Shown here one piece after another: positions 1-13,631 of a stretch of 64,000 bases of DNA (positions are counted from its first letter, which is position 1; each line of letters begins with the position of its first letter). Made by a program: the position numbers and the translations under genes. The notes beneath the pieces are model-generated. The model made no database searches. It was not told where the DNA came from and saw only the letters and a program-made list of their open reading frames with translations. Source of the stretch: Octopus vulgaris (taxonomy: Eukaryota); assembly GCA_951406725.2 (NCBI GenBank), contig OX597816.1:74090001-74154000 (forward strand), given 5' to 3'.

Positions 1-638
1 TTCAAACGTTTATGAAGAACGGTAAATGGAAAAGGATTTTCGCCACACCCTATATTACATTATTTGGGTCAACATTCAAATTTGACACAAATTTAGGTGA
101 CATAAATTAGAGAATATTTTGTGTAATTACTCTATTTTCATTATTCTCCTATGTTAGGGTGGCGAGCTAACAGAATCATCAACGCTGAAGGCTTAGAAAC
201 ATGTTCATCTCAATGTTCTGAGTTCAAATTCCACTAAGATCTACTTTACTTTTCATCCTTTTGGGGCCGATTAAATAAGTACCAGTTGAACACTGAGCGC
301 AATAAAGACAACTTCCACTCTCCTCTGAAATTTCGAGCTTTGTATCTATGGTAGAAAGGTTTATTTTCCTATGTAGTAGAAGCACAATTGAATATTTGGC
401 CTTTAATGTAGTTTATTGAGAACAAGTCATTTCAGTATACCACCCACCTCTCCCTCTCTCTGTCCTCATTCAAGATACACCTATTGGAAGATTTAAGCTG
501 CTCACACATCAATTGTGTAGTACTCCCACTGTTTACAGTGTTGAAGTTTACCAAAGATGGAGAATTATATCATTATTTTGATATGACCCTTCAGGGAGCA
601 AGCTACCACTTTAATTCCTCCAAGTCTCTTTCTTTCGT

Positions 639-670
<32 letters not shown>

Positions 671-2131
671 GATGGGCTTCTTTCAGTTTCCATCTACCAA
701 AATCACTCTCAAGGTTTTGGTCAGCTTGAGGTTATAGTAGAAGACATTTGCTCAAGATGCCATACAATAGGAATGAAGCTGGAACCATGAGGTTGAGAAA
801 CAAGCCTTTTACCACACACTCATACCTGTAAAAACAATTTAACCTCAAAAAGTATTCCTCATTATTTTACTCAACTCTTTTAGTAGAATTGAAATCAACA
901 GGGACCTTTTAGTTCTGATTTGCTTATCTTTGTTTTATGACTACAAGTTTCAATATAAGTCACAGATCAATAATTCAAATTTATGACAAAATGTCCTTAA
1001 AATCTATGCGGCTGTGGTTCAAAATATTTAGATATTGTTAAATAAATTTTGAATTAAAATAAATAAGGTTGTAGTCAAACTTCACACGATAGTCATTCCC
1101 TTTTATAATTTTTCACTGAAAGAAAAAACATCTCACAGCAATAAACAGTGGGAGCATGATAAAACTGATGTGTGTTTTGTCAATTTGAATACTACACTGA
1201 AATCCATTCATGGTTATAACTTGGAGCTTAAAAAAAAAATTCATTATTAAGCATTATTCATGCTATCTGAAGAGGAGACCTTCAACAGTGCCTCTAATTT
1301 TTAGCATTATGAAACACGACACCATTGGCAAGAAAATAAATAAAATATTTATATTTTTGCTGTTGTTGTCATTTTGCTAATAAGAATTGTGGAAAGGGAT
1401 TAGTATATGATTGAGATAACCAGAATAAACCCAATGTTTAAAAACTCAACGAGGAAGAAGAACCAAAAAATGAAATGGAGATTAAATACTTCAAGTGATG
1501 GAATTTGAAAATGGGGGTGGGGGATAATGTCATTATACTAAGTCTTAACAACAATTAACTAACATGTTGTGAAAGCAGTGGATTAAATCAGATTAAAATG
1601 GAACCTTCTAGGCATTTAGACATCTCACGTTGACAACTACACAAATAGATTTAGTTTACTTCCAGGAATTATCTAACATTGAATAAAGAGGCTATGCTTA
1701 CACACACATATTCATATATGTGCATGTATATTTATATATCGTGGCACTCCGGCGGTTACGATGACAAGGGTTCCAGTTGATCCAATCAACGAAACAGCTT
1801 GCTCATGAAATTAACGTGCATGTGGCTGAGCACTCTACAGACACATGTACCCTTAATGTAGTTCTCAGGGAGATTCAGCGTGACATGGTATGTGACAAGG
1901 CTGGCCCTTTGACATACAGGTACAACAGAAACAGGAAGAAAGAGTGAGAGAAAGTTGGAGTGAAAGAGTACAGCAGAGTTTGCCACCACTCCCTGCCGGA
2001 GCCTCGTGGAGCTTTAGGTGTTTCCGCTCTATAAACACTCATGAAGCCCAGTTTGGGAATCAAACCGCAATCCTACAACCGCAGGTCTGTTGTGCCATTG
2101 TGCCTCCATGTATATTTATATCTATGGATGG

Positions 2132-2165
<34 letters not shown>

Positions 2166-2181
2166 AGTGTATTTATATAAA

Positions 2182-2229
<48 letters not shown>

Positions 2230-2273
2230 TATATATATATTTTATAATTTATTAAAATAAACAGAAATATCAC

Positions 2274-2320
2274 AAAAGCTGTTACTCAGAGTTTCATGTT
2301 CCCGTTCGTCAGACAATTTT
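2274..2320 (-). ncRNA. Minimal type I hammerhead ribozyme motif, second family
   Basis: Reverse strand reads AAAATTGT-CTGACGA-ACGGGAACAT-GAAA-CTCTGAG-TA-ACAGCTTTT; mutated inverted twin at 2336-2381 with stem I AAAACTGT/ACAGTTTT. Confidence 0.65.
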
Positions 2321-2481
2321 GTTTTAGATTCTAACAAAACTGTGCGACAAACGGGAATGTGAAACTCTGAGTAACAGTTTTTGTGATATTTCTGCTGCTT
2401 TTAATAAAGCATATTATTCTACCTCTAGTAATTGCGTACTCTTTTTTTCCACCTTGTTTCACATTTATGTGCTTACTCCAG

Positions 2482-2826
<345 letters not shown>

Positions 2827-3846
2827 GATGCCAGCGCCGCTTTGACTGGCTTCCGTGCTGGTGGCACATAAAATACACCAATCCGACCGTGGCCGTTGCC
2901 AGCCTCGCCTGGCACCTGTGCAGGTGGCACGTAAAAAGCACCCACTACACTCACGGAGTGGTTGGTGTTAGGAAGGGCATCCAGCTGTAGAAACATTGCC
3001 AGATAAGACTGGAGCCTGGTGCAGCCTTCTAGCTTCCCAGATCCCCGGTCGAACCGTCCAACCCATGCTAGCATGGAGAACGGACGTTAAACGATGATGA
3101 TGATGATGATGATATATATATATATAAATATATATATATATATGTGTGTGTGTGTATATATGTGTTTGTGTGTGTGTGTGTATGTATGTAATCTGTTTAT
3201 ATTTTGCAAAGGGGAGTGACTGGTGTGACTCAGTGGATTCTTATGTTATGATTCCTTCCTTTGAGACTCATTTGAATCAGATTCGCTCTTAAGTTTAGAG
3301 TCAAACCATGCAGTATACTAGTGTCTTGTAAATTACTTCACACAAGATGTCAAGTTAACCCTCCAACTTCTATTGTATTTCAGGTAGGTCATTATGCCAA
3401 TAATAAACTTGTGGTCTTCTTTTATCATTATTAATCAACTGGTTAAATAATTAACCAGTTGATTAATTAAATTGTTTAATTGATTGTTCAGTTAATCAAT
3501 CAGTTAAGTTGGTTTGTCAAAGTCCTTTCATTGTCACCATTTGTGACTGCATTGATGACATTCTCTCTTTACTGCAGGTCTGGTCAGCTAATTTACTTAA
3601 CAATTAATTAAACAATTAACTGGTTAAATAGTCAATCAATTAATCATTAAAAATAAAGTAAGGAAGTGAATCAGAACCGGTGTGTGTGTTTAATTATCAG
3701 CATAATGATCCTCCCATGATGCAACAAAATATTTTAATTTCCTTTTGTATAATAGATAATTTAATTTAGGTTTTGCTTCTTTAATTTAGTTTCATTTCAA
3801 AGAATAAATATTTTGAAAAGCAAACTTTTAATTAATTAATCTTAAA

Positions 3847-4055
3847 GGCGGAGAGCTGGCAGAATCGTTAGCATGCCAGGCAAAATGCTTAGCAGTACTT
3901 TGTCTGTCTTTACATTCTGAGTTCAAATTCTGCCGAGGCCAACTTTGCCTTTCATCCTTTTAGAGTCAATAAATTAAGTACCAGTCGCATACTGGGGTCG
4001 ATCTAATCGACTGGCCCCCTCCCCCCAAATTTCGAGCCCTGTGCCTAGAGTAGAA
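3847..4055 (+). mobile_element. tRNA-derived SINE with Meta-like central domain (representative of many copies)
   Basis: GGCGGAGAGCTGGCAGAATCGTTAGC...GAGTTCAAATTC...GCCTTTCATCCTTT..GTCAATAAATTAAGTACCAG; further copies near 160, 7345, 14830, 31810-32215, 55960-56155, 60630-60990. Confidence 0.8.
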
Positions 4056-6493
4056 AACAATTAATTAATCTTAAAAACAAATCACTTAATGAACAGACCA
4101 GATATTTTCTGACAAGTTTTGCAGATTTGGTTTTTTCTCATATACTTCATCTTTTATCTTTTCTATCTTTTATTTGTTTCAGTTATTTGACTGTGGTCGT
4201 GCTGGGGCACTTCCTTGAAGAATGAATCGACACCAGTATTTATATTCTCTTTAAGCCTGGTATTTATTCTATCAGTCTCTTTTGCTGAACTTCTAAGTTA
4301 TGAGAATGTAAACACACCAACACTGGTTGCCAAGCAGTGATGGGAGACAAATACACACACACATACACAGATGACAGGCTTCTTTCAGTTTCCGTCTACC
4401 AAAAATCCACTCTCAAGGCTTTTGTCAGCCTAAGGCTATGATAGAAGACACTTGTCCAAGGTGCCATGCAATAGATCTGAACCTGGAACCACATGGTTGA
4501 AAAGCAAACTTCTTACCACACAGCCATGCCTGTATCTACTTGGGTAGAATCTTCCCCCCATAAATATACAAGACTCTCCACCCATTCCACCCCAGCAGAA
4601 ATATGGCAATTCCTATCAAATCTTATTTATTCTTTAGATTTTCATTTCTGTAAACGATAGAGGTGCAAGGCCTTGTGATTGTTGAGCTCACAGCCATGGG
4701 TTCTGTGGTCATGAAAAAAACCACTTCATATTTTTTTTTTGTTACCTCAGTCTATTCAGCTGCAACTGGGTACCAACCTGATGGCTGGTAGAGTCTTCTT
4801 CCCCCCCCCCTCCAGTTTCATATTTTTCATATTCCACAGAGGACTGAGAAGATGGCAATGGATAAAAGAACATCACCAGAATTAAGCCATGCAGAATTAG
4901 GACTAAAATGCTGAACATCTAAGACTGGTTGTGGCAGCAGATTCTTCTAATGCTGCTTAGTAGATAAAATACAGGGTTTTTTTTAGTGATGAGCAAAAGA
5001 AAAAAAAGAGAGAGAAAAGAGAATCATTTCTTTTGAGGAGGCCTACAACTTAGTAGTTAGGGTGTTGGATGCATAATCAGCAGATTGTGGTTTCAAATCC
5101 TGGACTGAGCAATGCGTTGAGTTCTTGGACACTTCAATTTTGATGTTATTCCAGTCTCCTCAGCTGGCAAAAATGATTATTCGTGCAAGAGACCAGTGTC
5201 CCATCCAGGAGGAAATACATGCACCATTGGAAACCAGGAAACTAGCCCTACGAATCTATATAACTTAAAAAGGGTCTTTATCCAACTTTTATCCTAATTT
5301 TAGTGAAAAAATATTCTAGTCAAAGAATCACTACAGCACTGTATTTTATCAACTTGCAGAACTTTGGTAAATTATGAAATTAGAAATGGAACAAAGCAAA
5401 TTCTGTTAAGCAAAGATTCTTAAAAATTTTGGACATGTTTCTCTCCTGTCGGAGTACAAAAATATTGCATGCTCTTGCAGTTTGTCTCCCACCCCACCAT
5501 TTTCCCTCCCTGGAAGAGTACAAAAAAAAAAAAAGAAGTTTTTATAGTTCATTCACCAAAAGGTGTAAAGATAAATTTGTTAAGTCTTGGAATAACTGAA
5601 AAACAAAATAATGACCTCTCAGAAGTTTCAAAGGGGTTGGGTAGTCTGAGTCACTACACACTGGTTTTGGTTGCTGTTTTTCTCTCTGGTCATCATTTAA
5701 TATTTTCCATACAGGCATGGGTCGGATGGTTCAGTGTGAGCTGGTGAATTGGACAAAACTACATCATGTTCCAATATCTGTTTTAGTATGGTTTCTAAAG
5801 TTCAATACATTTCCTTCACCAACCTCTTCACAGAGTGTAACGGGTACTTTAACAATTATATAAAGATCATGTAACCATAAGTCAAGTTTATCTTTAACCC
5901 TTTAGTTACCATATTACTATTGAAATCCTCTGCTTTTGTTTTTGTTTCATCATCATCATCATCGTTTAACGTCCGTTTTCCATGCTAGCATGGGTTGGAT
6001 GGTTCGACCGGGGTCTGGGAAGCCAGGAGGCTGCACCAGGCTCCAGTCTGATCTGGCAGTTTCTACAGCTTGATGCCCTTCCTAATGCCAACCACTCCGT
6101 GAGTGTAGTGGGTGCTTTTTACGTGCCAGGGGAGGCTGGCAACGGCCACAATCGGTTGGTGCTTTTTATGTGCCACCAGCATGGCAGCCAGTCAAGACAG
6201 CACTGGCATCGACCACGTATGGATGGTGCTTTTTACATGCCACCGGCACAGGTGCCAGGGGAGGCTGGCAATGGCCAGGAGGCTGCAATTTTCAAAATGA
6301 TGAAGAATTTAATAATGCAACTTTGTCGTTATTAAGTTGGTGTTTTGAAGATAAATTATCATAAAATTTTTTTTGTGAAAAGTTTTAAATTTATATCACT
6401 TTAAAATGGAGTATGTAACATAGGATCGAGGGTGATCTTGCGTAGGTTGGTACCAAAAGATTTTTTCTCTTCTTGTTTTAGAAAAAAATGTTC

Positions 6494-6551
6494 AATTCAA
6501 CTTGTCTTGCCTGGCCAATATTAATATTGGCCAGGCAAGACAAGTTGAATT
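6494..6551. repeat. Perfect 58-bp spacerless palindrome
   Basis: AATTCAACTTGTCTTGCCTGGCCAATATT|AATATTGGCCAGGCAAGACAAGTTGAATT. Confidence 0.97.
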
Positions 6552-6714
6552 AGGAGAAATTTCAGCTTCTTTAAACTTTAGTCATAATTTTCTGTTATTA
6601 TTGTAGAATTCTATAATTCTGGTTTCATTTAGAATGCATCATAAGAATTTCAGTTGATCCCAGAATGATGCCAACCAAAATGTAACAATTTCTTAATCCA
6701 CTGGACAGAACACC

Positions 6715-7100
6715 AATTTATTTTAAGTGACTTATCAAAACAGAGCACCTTTTCAAACTCCATCTATCTAACACCCGTGGACATGTTTACAAAGTCAGAA
6801 AACAGCACAGCTCCCATGACTATCGGAAACATTTTTTCACACTAAGAGTTGCTGAAGCATAGAATAAACTGCCGGCATCAGTTGTTTGTTGTCGGAGCAC
6901 TGCATCCTTCAAAACTTCCATGCTTCCTAAGATTCACCAACACTACACCTGATTTTCTCCCCTCCATACACACGCAAGCATGTATCTGACACATACACTG
7001 TTCACTTTCCACACATTTGTACATTACTGCATATGCTTTATACGCACCTTTGACAAGTTGCGGTGCACCTGAGCACTGTATACAATAATTTCATTATTAA
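6715..7100 (+). mobile_element. CR1/L2-like LINE 3' end
   Basis: TRGHVYKVRKQHSSHDYRKHFFTLRVAEA*NKLPASVV...FK resembles the CR1/L2 ORF2 C-terminus; ends in an ATT repeat. Confidence 0.7.
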
Positions 7101-7912
7101 AAGGACAAAATATAAAGATTAAAATATCTGCATACAACCACCAGGAAGACTTGCTACAGATTTAAACTCCTCATAGAGTCTTACCTAATTTGTTGTTAAT
7201 TTAAATAACAGAATTATGTGGCGGGGAGCATTCAGTTTTTCCCACTTCTGAAGGGAGCATACATTAAATGTTTGAGAAGGACTGGCATAAATTATGAAAT
7301 GAAGCCAGAACAAGATGGTTCTCCGTCACCTGTAGAAGTTGAAATTTTTAGTGCAAGGCCAGTTATTTCAAGGGAGTGGATAAGTCAACTACCTTGACCC
7401 CAGTGCATAACTGGTATTTATCTTATTGGCCCTGAAAAAACGGAAAGCAAAGTCGACCTCAGTGGAATTTGAACTCAGAATATAAAGCTGGATGAAATAC
7501 AGCTAAGCATTTCACTTGGCATGTATGTTTGTTTGTACATATATATATAGGCACAGGTGTGGCTCTGTGGTAAGAAGCTTGCTTCCCAACCACATGATTC
7601 CAGATTCAGTCCCACTGCATGGTACCTTGGGCGCCTTCTACTATAGCCTCAGGCCAATCAAAGCTTTGTGACGGAAACAGGAAGAAGTCTGTCATATATA
7701 TATATGTATGTATTATATATATATATATATATACATATATATGTATGTATTATTTGTGTGTCTGTGTTTGTCTTTCACCATCGCTTGACAACCAATGTTG
7801 GTGTGTTTACGTCCCTGTAATTTAGTGGTTCGGCAAAGTCCAGGGGTTGATTTGTTTGACTAAAGGTGATGCTCCAACATGGCTGCAGTCAAATGACTGA
7901 AACAAGTAAAAG

Positions 7913-7985
<73 letters not shown>

Positions 7986-8013
7986 GTATGTGCATGTATA
8001 TATGTATGTGTGC

Positions 8014-8046
<33 letters not shown>

Positions 8047-8699
8047 GTATATATGAGTTAGAGGTTAGACAACCATCTAAGGGATAATAAATATCCAGTA
8101 TACTACTATTTACATTCAAAGTATAACAAGTGGAGTTAAACAAAAGTTTATCCAGAATTTATATTTGGCAAGGAATAAAATGGAGAAGAGATTCAATTGA
8201 GAAACATCAACAAGATTTATTTATTACAATCATAGGAATAAATAAATAAATGCAACTCCTCTCTTACAGCTGTTTTTACTTTGGAGGTCCAGCTGTAAGA
8301 GTAGAGAGTTATATTTATTTATTTATTCCTATGATTGTAATAAATAGATCTTGCTGATGTTTGTCAGTTGAATCTCTTCATTTTCTTCCTCTTGGTAGAA
8401 AACGAAATCAAAGTCTTCCCATGGAACTTGAACCCACATCACCATTGTTCTACCAAAGCCTTTGACTCTATTCATAAAAGTTTTTTGTTTTTTTTTTAAC
8501 CTCATACCCCCTGCTAAACAATGTCAAATCAGTGTGGTAGAGTAGACTCATTAAACCAGTATGAGCTCAAGTTCAAATTCACAGCTTCCACATTGGACTG
8601 TGGTTAGGTGGAGAGAATGTCCTGAAGCCTTCATCCTGCAGTGGATGAACATAGGCAATCCAATCCAATCCTACACACCATATTTATAACCTTACCTAC

Positions 8700-8826
8700 T
8701 TGATGGATATTCGTCCTCATCTTGTTTGTTGTTAACATGTTTCAGCTGATATATCCCCCCAGCCTTCATCAGGTGTCTTGGGGAAATTTCAGATCTGGAT
8801 TCTCATTCCTAAGGTATTTTTTGATG

Positions 8827-8865
<39 letters not shown>

Positions 8866-9210
8866 TTACTGCCTGGAATCAAACTTGGAATCTTGGGCTT
8901 AGTAGCCCGTGCTCTTAACCACTATGCCATATGCCTGTAGTGGTAAAGAGTGTGGGCTACTAAACCCAAGATTCTGAGTTTGATTCCAGGCAGTGACCTG
9001 AATAATAATAATAATAATAATGATAATAATAATAACATCGAAAAATACCTTAGGAATGAGAACCCAGGTCTGAAATTTCCCCAAGACACCTGATGAAGGC
9101 TGGAGGGTCTATCAGCTGAAACGTTGTATTGACAACAAACAAGATGAGGACAAACATCCATCAAATATAAATAATGTACATAATTCCTCATCACTTAAAT
9201 ATAGAACTGT
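8700..9210. mobile_element. Fold-back element with tRNA-like head, (AAT)n and hammerhead motif (copy A)
   Basis: Arms 8700-8925 and 8936-9165 are reverse complements; the plus arm has GACAC-CTGATGA-AGGCTG..CAGCT-GAAACGTT. Confidence 0.85.
9085..9130 (+). ncRNA. Minimal type I hammerhead ribozyme motif (Penelope-like)
   Basis: stem I GACAC, core CTGATGA, stem II GGCTG/CAGCT, GAAA, palindromic ACGT stem III, GUU triplet; other copies supply stem I partner GTGTT. Confidence 0.65.
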
Positions 9211-10813
9211 ATTACTTACCTACTTAAATTCCACTGTTAAAAATGATTTATTTCATATCTCTCAATATTTCTAAACTCTTATGATATACATACGAATATG
9301 TGTGTCTATATTTACCAACACCACTCCTCCCCACTACATCACTACTTGATAACCAGTGTTGTTGTGTTTACGTCACTGTAACTTAGCAATTTGGCAACAG
9401 ATTTAAAATAAATAAATACTATGGTTGATCAATTTGACTAAAAATTTTTCAAGGTGGTGTCCCAGCATGGCCACAGTCTAATAACTGAAACAAGTAAAAG
9501 ATAAAAGATCTCTTCATGTGTCCATTTGGAAAACAAGTAAATCCTGCCAAGTCTCTTTCAGTTTGATCCGAACAGATCCAGTTTAGTTCACCAAAGGATC
9601 TGTTACCCAAGGATCAAGGAGGAGAAACTCAGAATTACAGCTCATAAAAATTCAACTTTGAATCTATGTTATTCCACTCTTCTTGACAGTATTGAGTACT
9701 TTTTTAAAAGCATTTGCATTTCACAGTAGTTTGATAATAACAACAAGGACAACGGCAACAATATATATATAAACCAGCAAGGGGAAGCTGCTGACCTCCC
9801 CTGTTCGAAAGTTATAATGGATACAGGTTTGTGTGTCACATAGCTAGCTAGAGGCAATGGCCTCTTGGAGCTAATCAACGGCAGCATTTGTCCTATTTTC
9901 CTGGACTACCTTGTTAGCTTGGCAATAACTGTTAATATCCAGTACCACTGCTGTAGTCTCCTTTAGAGAAATTTAGAAATATTAATATTTCTATTATATA
10001 TATATATATATATATAAGTAGAGATTAATGTAAAAATATTATGGAAGATATATTATAAATAATTACGATTATTTTTGAATATACAAATGGCCAAACATGT
10101 TATAAATACATAGAAGAAGGTTTATAATTATGGACAAGTCACAACTAAGAGGGTTTAAGAAAACCCTTACATGTTAAAAATAGCAGCCAAAACTGTTATA
10201 AAGCCATTATATCACTCATATATTTCAATTCAAAACTTGATTGTTTAGATAGAGGTGAAAATGTTTCTATTGCTGGTCGAGATTCATGCTAGCCCCAAGG
10301 TAAAGTCTTGTTTTGATTTCTATCTATAGGAATATTTCCCCTGAGAAGGTGAATGGGTCCTTTAAGAGGTCCCTAACGTCGAATTTGCTATAGGGAATTA
10401 TAGTTGTGGATTCTATCTGCCATGTCGTACGAAGACAGTTTTTATTGTGAGGAGAAACGAGTGATATGATGGATTTATAGTGGTTTTGGCTGCTATCTTT
10501 AACATGTAAGGTTTTTTTAACCCTCTTAGTTATAATTGTAACTTGTTCATAATTATAAATGTTTTTCTTCTTTATATATATATATATATATTTAAGGAAT
10601 GGAGTAGATAGAATCCAGGCTACATATGTTTCATAGCGAGTGGAACCGTGGAAATGGTAAATATCCAAGCGAGGTGTATACCGCAGGCTAATCTTCAAGC
10701 TGAGGATATCTTCATTAAATGAAAGTTTACAGTGTCGCAAGGAGGTACATGTTAACACATGGAAGATTCAAAGATTCAATTGGATCTTACATATATATAT
10801 ATATATATATATG

Positions 10814-10863
<50 letters not shown>

Positions 10864-11753
10864 CTGCAGTGAATTGAAGAGTAACCATCACCACCACAAC
10901 CACCGCAACCAAGAAATTGTAAAGCACCATCACCATTGCAAAATTCAATCAGTTTATTGTCTTTAAAAAAAAGAGATTATTGGAGTGGGAGAGTTACATT
11001 AATATGATTATATGAGGGAGAGTCCATTCGTGGAAGACATGTCTCTTGTAAGGAAAAGGCAGCAATAGGAGGAAGACAGCTCAGTGAAAGTGTAAGAGAG
11101 CTTGTTAAAACTAAAAATAAAAACATTCAACATAATAAGCATGGTTTGTAACAAGGGTGAGATTTATTTAATGCTTCTATTATATTTCGGGAAAGATTTC
11201 CCTTATCAAATATAAGATAGAAAATAATCGAAGAATTTAGAAAAAAAAAGTGTTATTATTGTCACAACACACCAGAATGGCTTGCTGATAACAATACTTT
11301 TTCTCAACACTGTTGGTTTATTTTCCATGTAATACTTAACAAAGTGAAGATTTTCCAAAATATATTAGAAGCATTAAACAATCTGTGAAGGTGAGGATAA
11401 GCAGGAAATACCCAGGTTATGAATGCAGCGTATTTAGGAGTACAACGGAGTCAAACAGTTAGCTTCCATTTTTTTTTGTAACCTTTGTTTTGTTTGTTTG
11501 TTATACTGAATGAAATTCATTTGCTTTTTAATATTGTACAAATTGTTAAGTAATGAAATTATGTGGAATATACTATTCAATATATATAACAACTATTATT
11601 TTCATTCATAGCACCAATATAACAGTGAGTGTGTGATAAATTTGTACTAAAATATTACATTTATATAAATTTAAGGCACTTCCAGACTTGTAAGAAAAAG
11701 AATATTTTTAGAAAGTGAAGGAATTTACCCAAGTTTTGGCTAATCGTTTGGAA

Positions 11754-11792
<39 letters not shown>

Positions 11793-12305
11793 CACATGCT
11801 TATATATGTATGTGTGTATATATTTAATATATACAAAACTAGTAATGTCCTCTCCAACATATATTTGTGTCTATTTCACTTTTGTTATGTTTTTTTCCCT
11901 ACCACACATTGCAAATTACAAATTTCCTAATTTATTTCTTATTTGTTTGAAACTGTCTTAGGTCTCTGTTTCTGCACGTACTCTTGAATGCCATTTAATA
12001 TTTTACAAGTTTCCATGCAAAAGGGAAACTTTATATTCAACGTTTAGCTTCCCAGAGCCCTAATACACGCAGAAAACAGCAGATAGTTCTCATAAGCACC
12101 AAGATATACTTCTCTGTTTTCATAAAGTGGTTTGCCACTCAAAAATGTGTGAAATGCTACGCATCTATATCTACAAGGAAATACAGCCCTTAACAAAAAT
12201 ATGCTAAAATTTTACAGTTTAACAGAAAACACAAAATATAATACAAGTTTAAAAAATAGACATATTTTAAAATATGGAATGTAATTTACATGTCATAATA
12301 TTATT

Positions 12306-12346
<41 letters not shown>

Positions 12347-13586
12347 TAATAATAATAATAATAATAATAACAATAATAATAATAATAATAATAATAATGA
12401 TGATGATTATGATAATAAAATAATTTATGATCATGATGAAAATGATATTTTTTTTTACTTTTCCGTTAACCATTTCAAGTACCAAATATCTGAATTTATT
12501 TTTTGGTAAGTCACAGACAAAACCAAGTAAAGAATTTTGGAATAATTCAGATACAAAAAAGACCAACTTAAATTTTATGGTTTGCATGCACACACACACA
12601 CGCACACTGGTACACACATTACATAGACATGCAGATGCACACACATACATGCTACACCCAATGCAGGTACAGTTTTATGATGGCATATTGCAAGGAATTG
12701 GTTACCTTCACCAGTGCCATCAGCATTTGGTACTTGAAATGGTTAATAACAAACTTAACAAATATAGCAACAAAAATTCAAGTGAAACATTTTAAACTAA
12801 AAGAAGGAAAGAAACTTCTTAAAGAATGTCTGGATGTGTGAAAGAGGGTGGGGTGGTGGGGGGGGGGAGAAGAAGAAGAAGAAGAAGAATCCAGAGGGGA
12901 ACACAGGCAGGGGAGAGAGCAGAGACTAAAAAAAACAGATAGAAAGAGAAAAGAATAGAAGAAAAATAGGATAGAGAGGGGCATGAGCCAAAAGAAGAAG
13001 GAGAAGAGAATGAAAGAGAGAAGAACAGAAGGGAAGAAGAAGAAAAATGGTGTCGGGTGGGGCAGAGTGCAGATGTTCTAAGAATGTCAAGCCAGATTTA
13101 TTCTTCAAAGAACATTTTCTGTAAATAATATACAAATAACATTTTAAGAAGTTAAAAATTCTAAACTCCCTCACCGAAAGCCCAATTAATATGTGTGTAT
13201 GTATATGTGTATATATATATATATATATAACACTCACACAGATGTATGTGTGTATGCACACACACACATATATATATATATATAAACAATTTAAGTGCAG
13301 TAGGTGTTAATAAGCCATTTAAAAACACACAAAAACCATTGGATTCACTTCATCATTTAAATTTAATTTGTCGAAATTTTCCATGCAGCACAGAATTTTG
13401 TCAGTGAACCGGTTGCAGTCTCAAAACAATGAAAACATTTTGACACAAATTAAATTTAAATATTAAAGTGAATCTAACGGTTTTTGTGTGTCTTTAAATG
13501 GTTTATAAACACCTTCCACGCTGCAATTGTTTTTGTTTCAGCACATGATCTCAGATCAGGTCACTTGCTATGCAAGTACATCTCCC

Positions 13587-13631
<45 letters not shown>

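Noticed and set aside
5982-6364. Recurrent ORFs containing [13 protein letters not shown]
   Set aside because: Antisense translations of the RTE 3'UTR repeat, not a gene family.
8936-8996. tRNA-like sequence with ACT anticodon-like loop
   Set aside because: No proper acceptor stem or terminator, mutated B box, and embedded in a multicopy repeat; it is a SINE-type head, not a tRNA gene.
10324-10758. 144-aa minus-strand ORF
   Set aside because: No recognisable motif, crosses a microsatellite and is one arm of an inverted repeat.
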